Part shown: positions 58,701 through 61,700 of the stretch, one piece after another | Layout of the letters: each line of letters opens with the position of its first letter | Position numbering within the stretch: the first letter of the stretch is position 1 | Origin: Planctomycetota bacterium | GTDB taxonomy: Bacteria; Planctomycetota; MHYJ01; JACPTZ01 | Direction of reading: 5' to 3' | DNA length: 64,000 nt | Assembly: GCA_016192525.1 (NCBI GenBank) | Contig: JACPTZ010000132.1 | Location: forward strand, 4,202-68,201 | Position numbers and translations under genes: made by a program | The notes under the pieces: generated by a model | What the model was told of the DNA's origin: nothing | What the model saw: the letters and a program-made list of their open reading frames with translations, nothing else | Database searches by the model: none

Positions 58701-61700
58701 GAGGCTCACGTCCAGGGTCGGTTGAAACGCTACGGCGGGGATGATGGCGTCTGTGTCCTGGGTGGGAATGCCCGCGCTCCAGTTCCCCGCCGTGTTCCAG
58801 GAGGTCGTGCCCGCGCCGCCGGTCCACGTGGACGAGAGGACCCACTTGATGCTGCCGGAGGCGGAAGCATCGGCGCCGCCGTCGCGGTCGTTCTCGGTCG
58901 CCGTTCCGCCCGTGGGCGAGAGGTTGATCGTCACAACCTTGCCGGCAGCCCAGGCGGGGTCCGTCCGAACCGAGTACGGCGGATACGTGGGCCCCAGGCC
59001 CTCGAATGTGAGCGTGCTGAACGTCAGGTTGACGGCGTTGACGCCGAGTTCGAGGTAGAGAAAGGCGTCCTCATCGGTACCCAGCAACGCCGTCTGGGGG
59101 TTCTTGAATGTGACGTTTCGGATGTCGATGTCCGTCGTCGCGGCGCCCGGGTTCAGATGGAGCCCTCGATTATTGCGCGTGTATACGCTGTCGAGCGTCA
59201 TCCCCGTGATCGTGACCAACCCTCCGGGATCGCTCTGAAGACCGACCTCGAAGCCGAAGCGAGTGGTCCCGGGGTTGTCGCTTCTGATCGTGGGGTAGAC
59301 CGAACCCGTATTCGACTGGAACGTCCCCCGGATGTCGATGACGGTCGTGTCCGCCATCGTGATAGATGAACCGTTGTTGCCGCCCTTGATCTCCAGCGTT
59401 GCCCCGGGCGACACGATCAGGTCCGGATCGGTGTTTCCCGCGACGAGATCGCCAATCACGGTGAGGTCGTTGGTGTCCTGGATCAGGAACGTACCCGACG
59501 AGACGGTCAACAGCCGGTTCACGGTGAAGTCGCCTCCGGCCGTGAGCGTCCGACCGGTCCCCGAGCTAAGGGTCAGGTTCCCGTACGCGACCGCCTCGAC
59601 GGTCTCGTTGGCCCCGGTGTAGTTGTAGATGACCGTACTGGACGTAACGCCATAGGTGAATGTCCCGAGACTGGTCACAGGGCCGGACAGTTCCAGGGTT
59701 CCCGCGCCCGTGAAGGTCACTTTCCCCCCGGTCGCGTTGAAGGTCCCGGCCACGTCGAGCATGCCGGCAGCTATCTTCACCCACCCACCGACGGTCGCGT
59801 TCCCGCCCACCGGGATCGATGTCCCGGAGACGTCGAAGATGCTGTCGAGGGCCCCGCTCTCCGTCACCGCCAGGTTGTTCGTCACGGAGAACGAGCCCCC
59901 GGCGGTCGCCGTCCTCGGCTTGTTGTCGATCGTGAGTTTGTAATACGAACCGCCGCTCGGCACGACGACCGTCTGGTCCCCCCCCGTGTTGTCGTAGACC
60001 ACTTCACTCTGCCCGATCGTGCACGTTCCCAAACTCGTCACCGCGGAGCCCAATTTCAGGATCCCGGTGCCCGTTCCGCCGAACGTGAGGGTTCGTCCCG
60101 CCATGTCGAACGCGGAGTCGACGTCGAGAGTGGACGAACCGGTGATCGAACTCTTGATCGTGAGAGAGGCTTCGGGATTCGACGATGCCCCGGGGGCGAT
60201 CGGGAACGCGGAGAAGCTCAACGCCGCCGTCTGACCGTTGTTGTCGATTTCGAGGTCGTAGTAGCGGACGTCGGCCAAGGTCTGATTCGCCCCCATGTAG
60301 CGGACGCGCCCCTGTCCGGCCTCGAAGGAGGCGGATGCGCCCAGGCCGATGACCGTCCCCCCCGTCACGTCCAATCGCCCCGTGCCCGCGACGCCGAACG
60401 TGACGGTTCGCCCAGCGGTGAGCGCGATCCCACCGCCGGCGATTAGGATTGAGGTTCCGGTCAGGGTCAGCGTTCCTCCGGAGGCGATCCCGATGTTCCC
60501 GGCCGACCAAGTGTCGATGATCGGAACCGAGGCCGTCGCGGTTCGCGCCGACTCGCTGCCGCCGCTCTTGTCGATCGTCAGATTGTAGTATCCGACGGCA
60601 GCGATGTTCTGTCCGGACGCGGCGTCGTTGTAGATCACCGTGCATCCGGCGAAGGCCGTGAAAGAGCCGCCCGCCCCCTCGGCCAGTTTCCCCGCGGCGC
60701 CGCCGAGGGTCAGCGTCCCGGCCCCCGTGAACGTAACGCTCCTGTTCCCCGCCCCGGTGAGGTCGAATCCCGCGTTCACGTCCACCGTAGAGGCGCCGCC
60801 GATCGTCAGCGTGGGGTTCCCCGTCGTGTCGCCGTTCCCCAGCGTCGTCTGGTTGATCGTGAAACCGACCGTCGCCGTCTGCCCCCCCGTCACCGACAGG
60901 TTGTAGTAGTTCACGCCGGCCACGGTCTGCGCCGCTGCCGAGGCGTAGTTCACCGTCCCCTTCCCGGCCGTGAACGTCCCGAGACTCGTCACCGTGGAGT
61001 CCAGTTGCAGCGTCCCGGTGGCAGTGGGCACGAACATCACGGTCCGACCGGTCGCGTCGAACCCCCCGGTCACCCGCGCCGTGGCCGGTCCGGAGATCGC
61101 GAGCCCGTTCATGAGGTTCGTCGCCGTCACGGACCCGACGGTGACGGTGTTCGCCAGGCCGCCGGCGATGCCGATCTCCAGGTTGTAGTAGTTCTCCGCG
61201 GGGACCGTCAGCACTGTGGCCGCGGTGTACTGAACGGTCCCGTTCCCCGCCGTGAATCCCAGGGCGGACCCGAGCGACGTGACGGCCCCGCGGAGGATCA
61301 ACCGGCCCGTCCCCGCCGCGCCGAAGGTCAGGATCTTGCCGGTTCGATCGAACGAGAACGTCCCGGTCACGTCCACCACGGAGGCCCCGGAGATCGTGAG
61401 GCTGTTTTCGACGCTCGTGGTCGTCACGTTGAACCCGATCGACGCGGTCCTCCCGCCGTTGTTCGCGGTCAGGTCCCAGTAGTTCGCCGTGTAGACGGTC
61501 TGGTCCGACGCCGCATTGTCGTAGATCACCTCGCTCGTCGAGCGGGTGAAGACGCCGAGATTCGGCGCCGGGTCTCCGCTCAGGTAGAGCTTGCCCGCCC
61601 CCCCCGTGAAGGTGACGATACCTGTGGTATTCGCCGTGAACAGGCCGTTCGCGTCCACCGTGCCGGTCGAGATCCTCATCTCCTTCAGCGCGGCGACCGA

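Larger units (their letters stand above)
51390..58826 (-). repeat. Bi-module super-repeat, copy B (modules 2+3 of the 8,466-aa protein)
   Basis: Delimited by the junction Trp codons at 58824-58826 and 51387-51389. It is ~440 nt longer than copy A, partly because of two inserted GFPxSG...YTG mini-domains (54840-55020 and 55390-55545). Confidence 0.75.
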
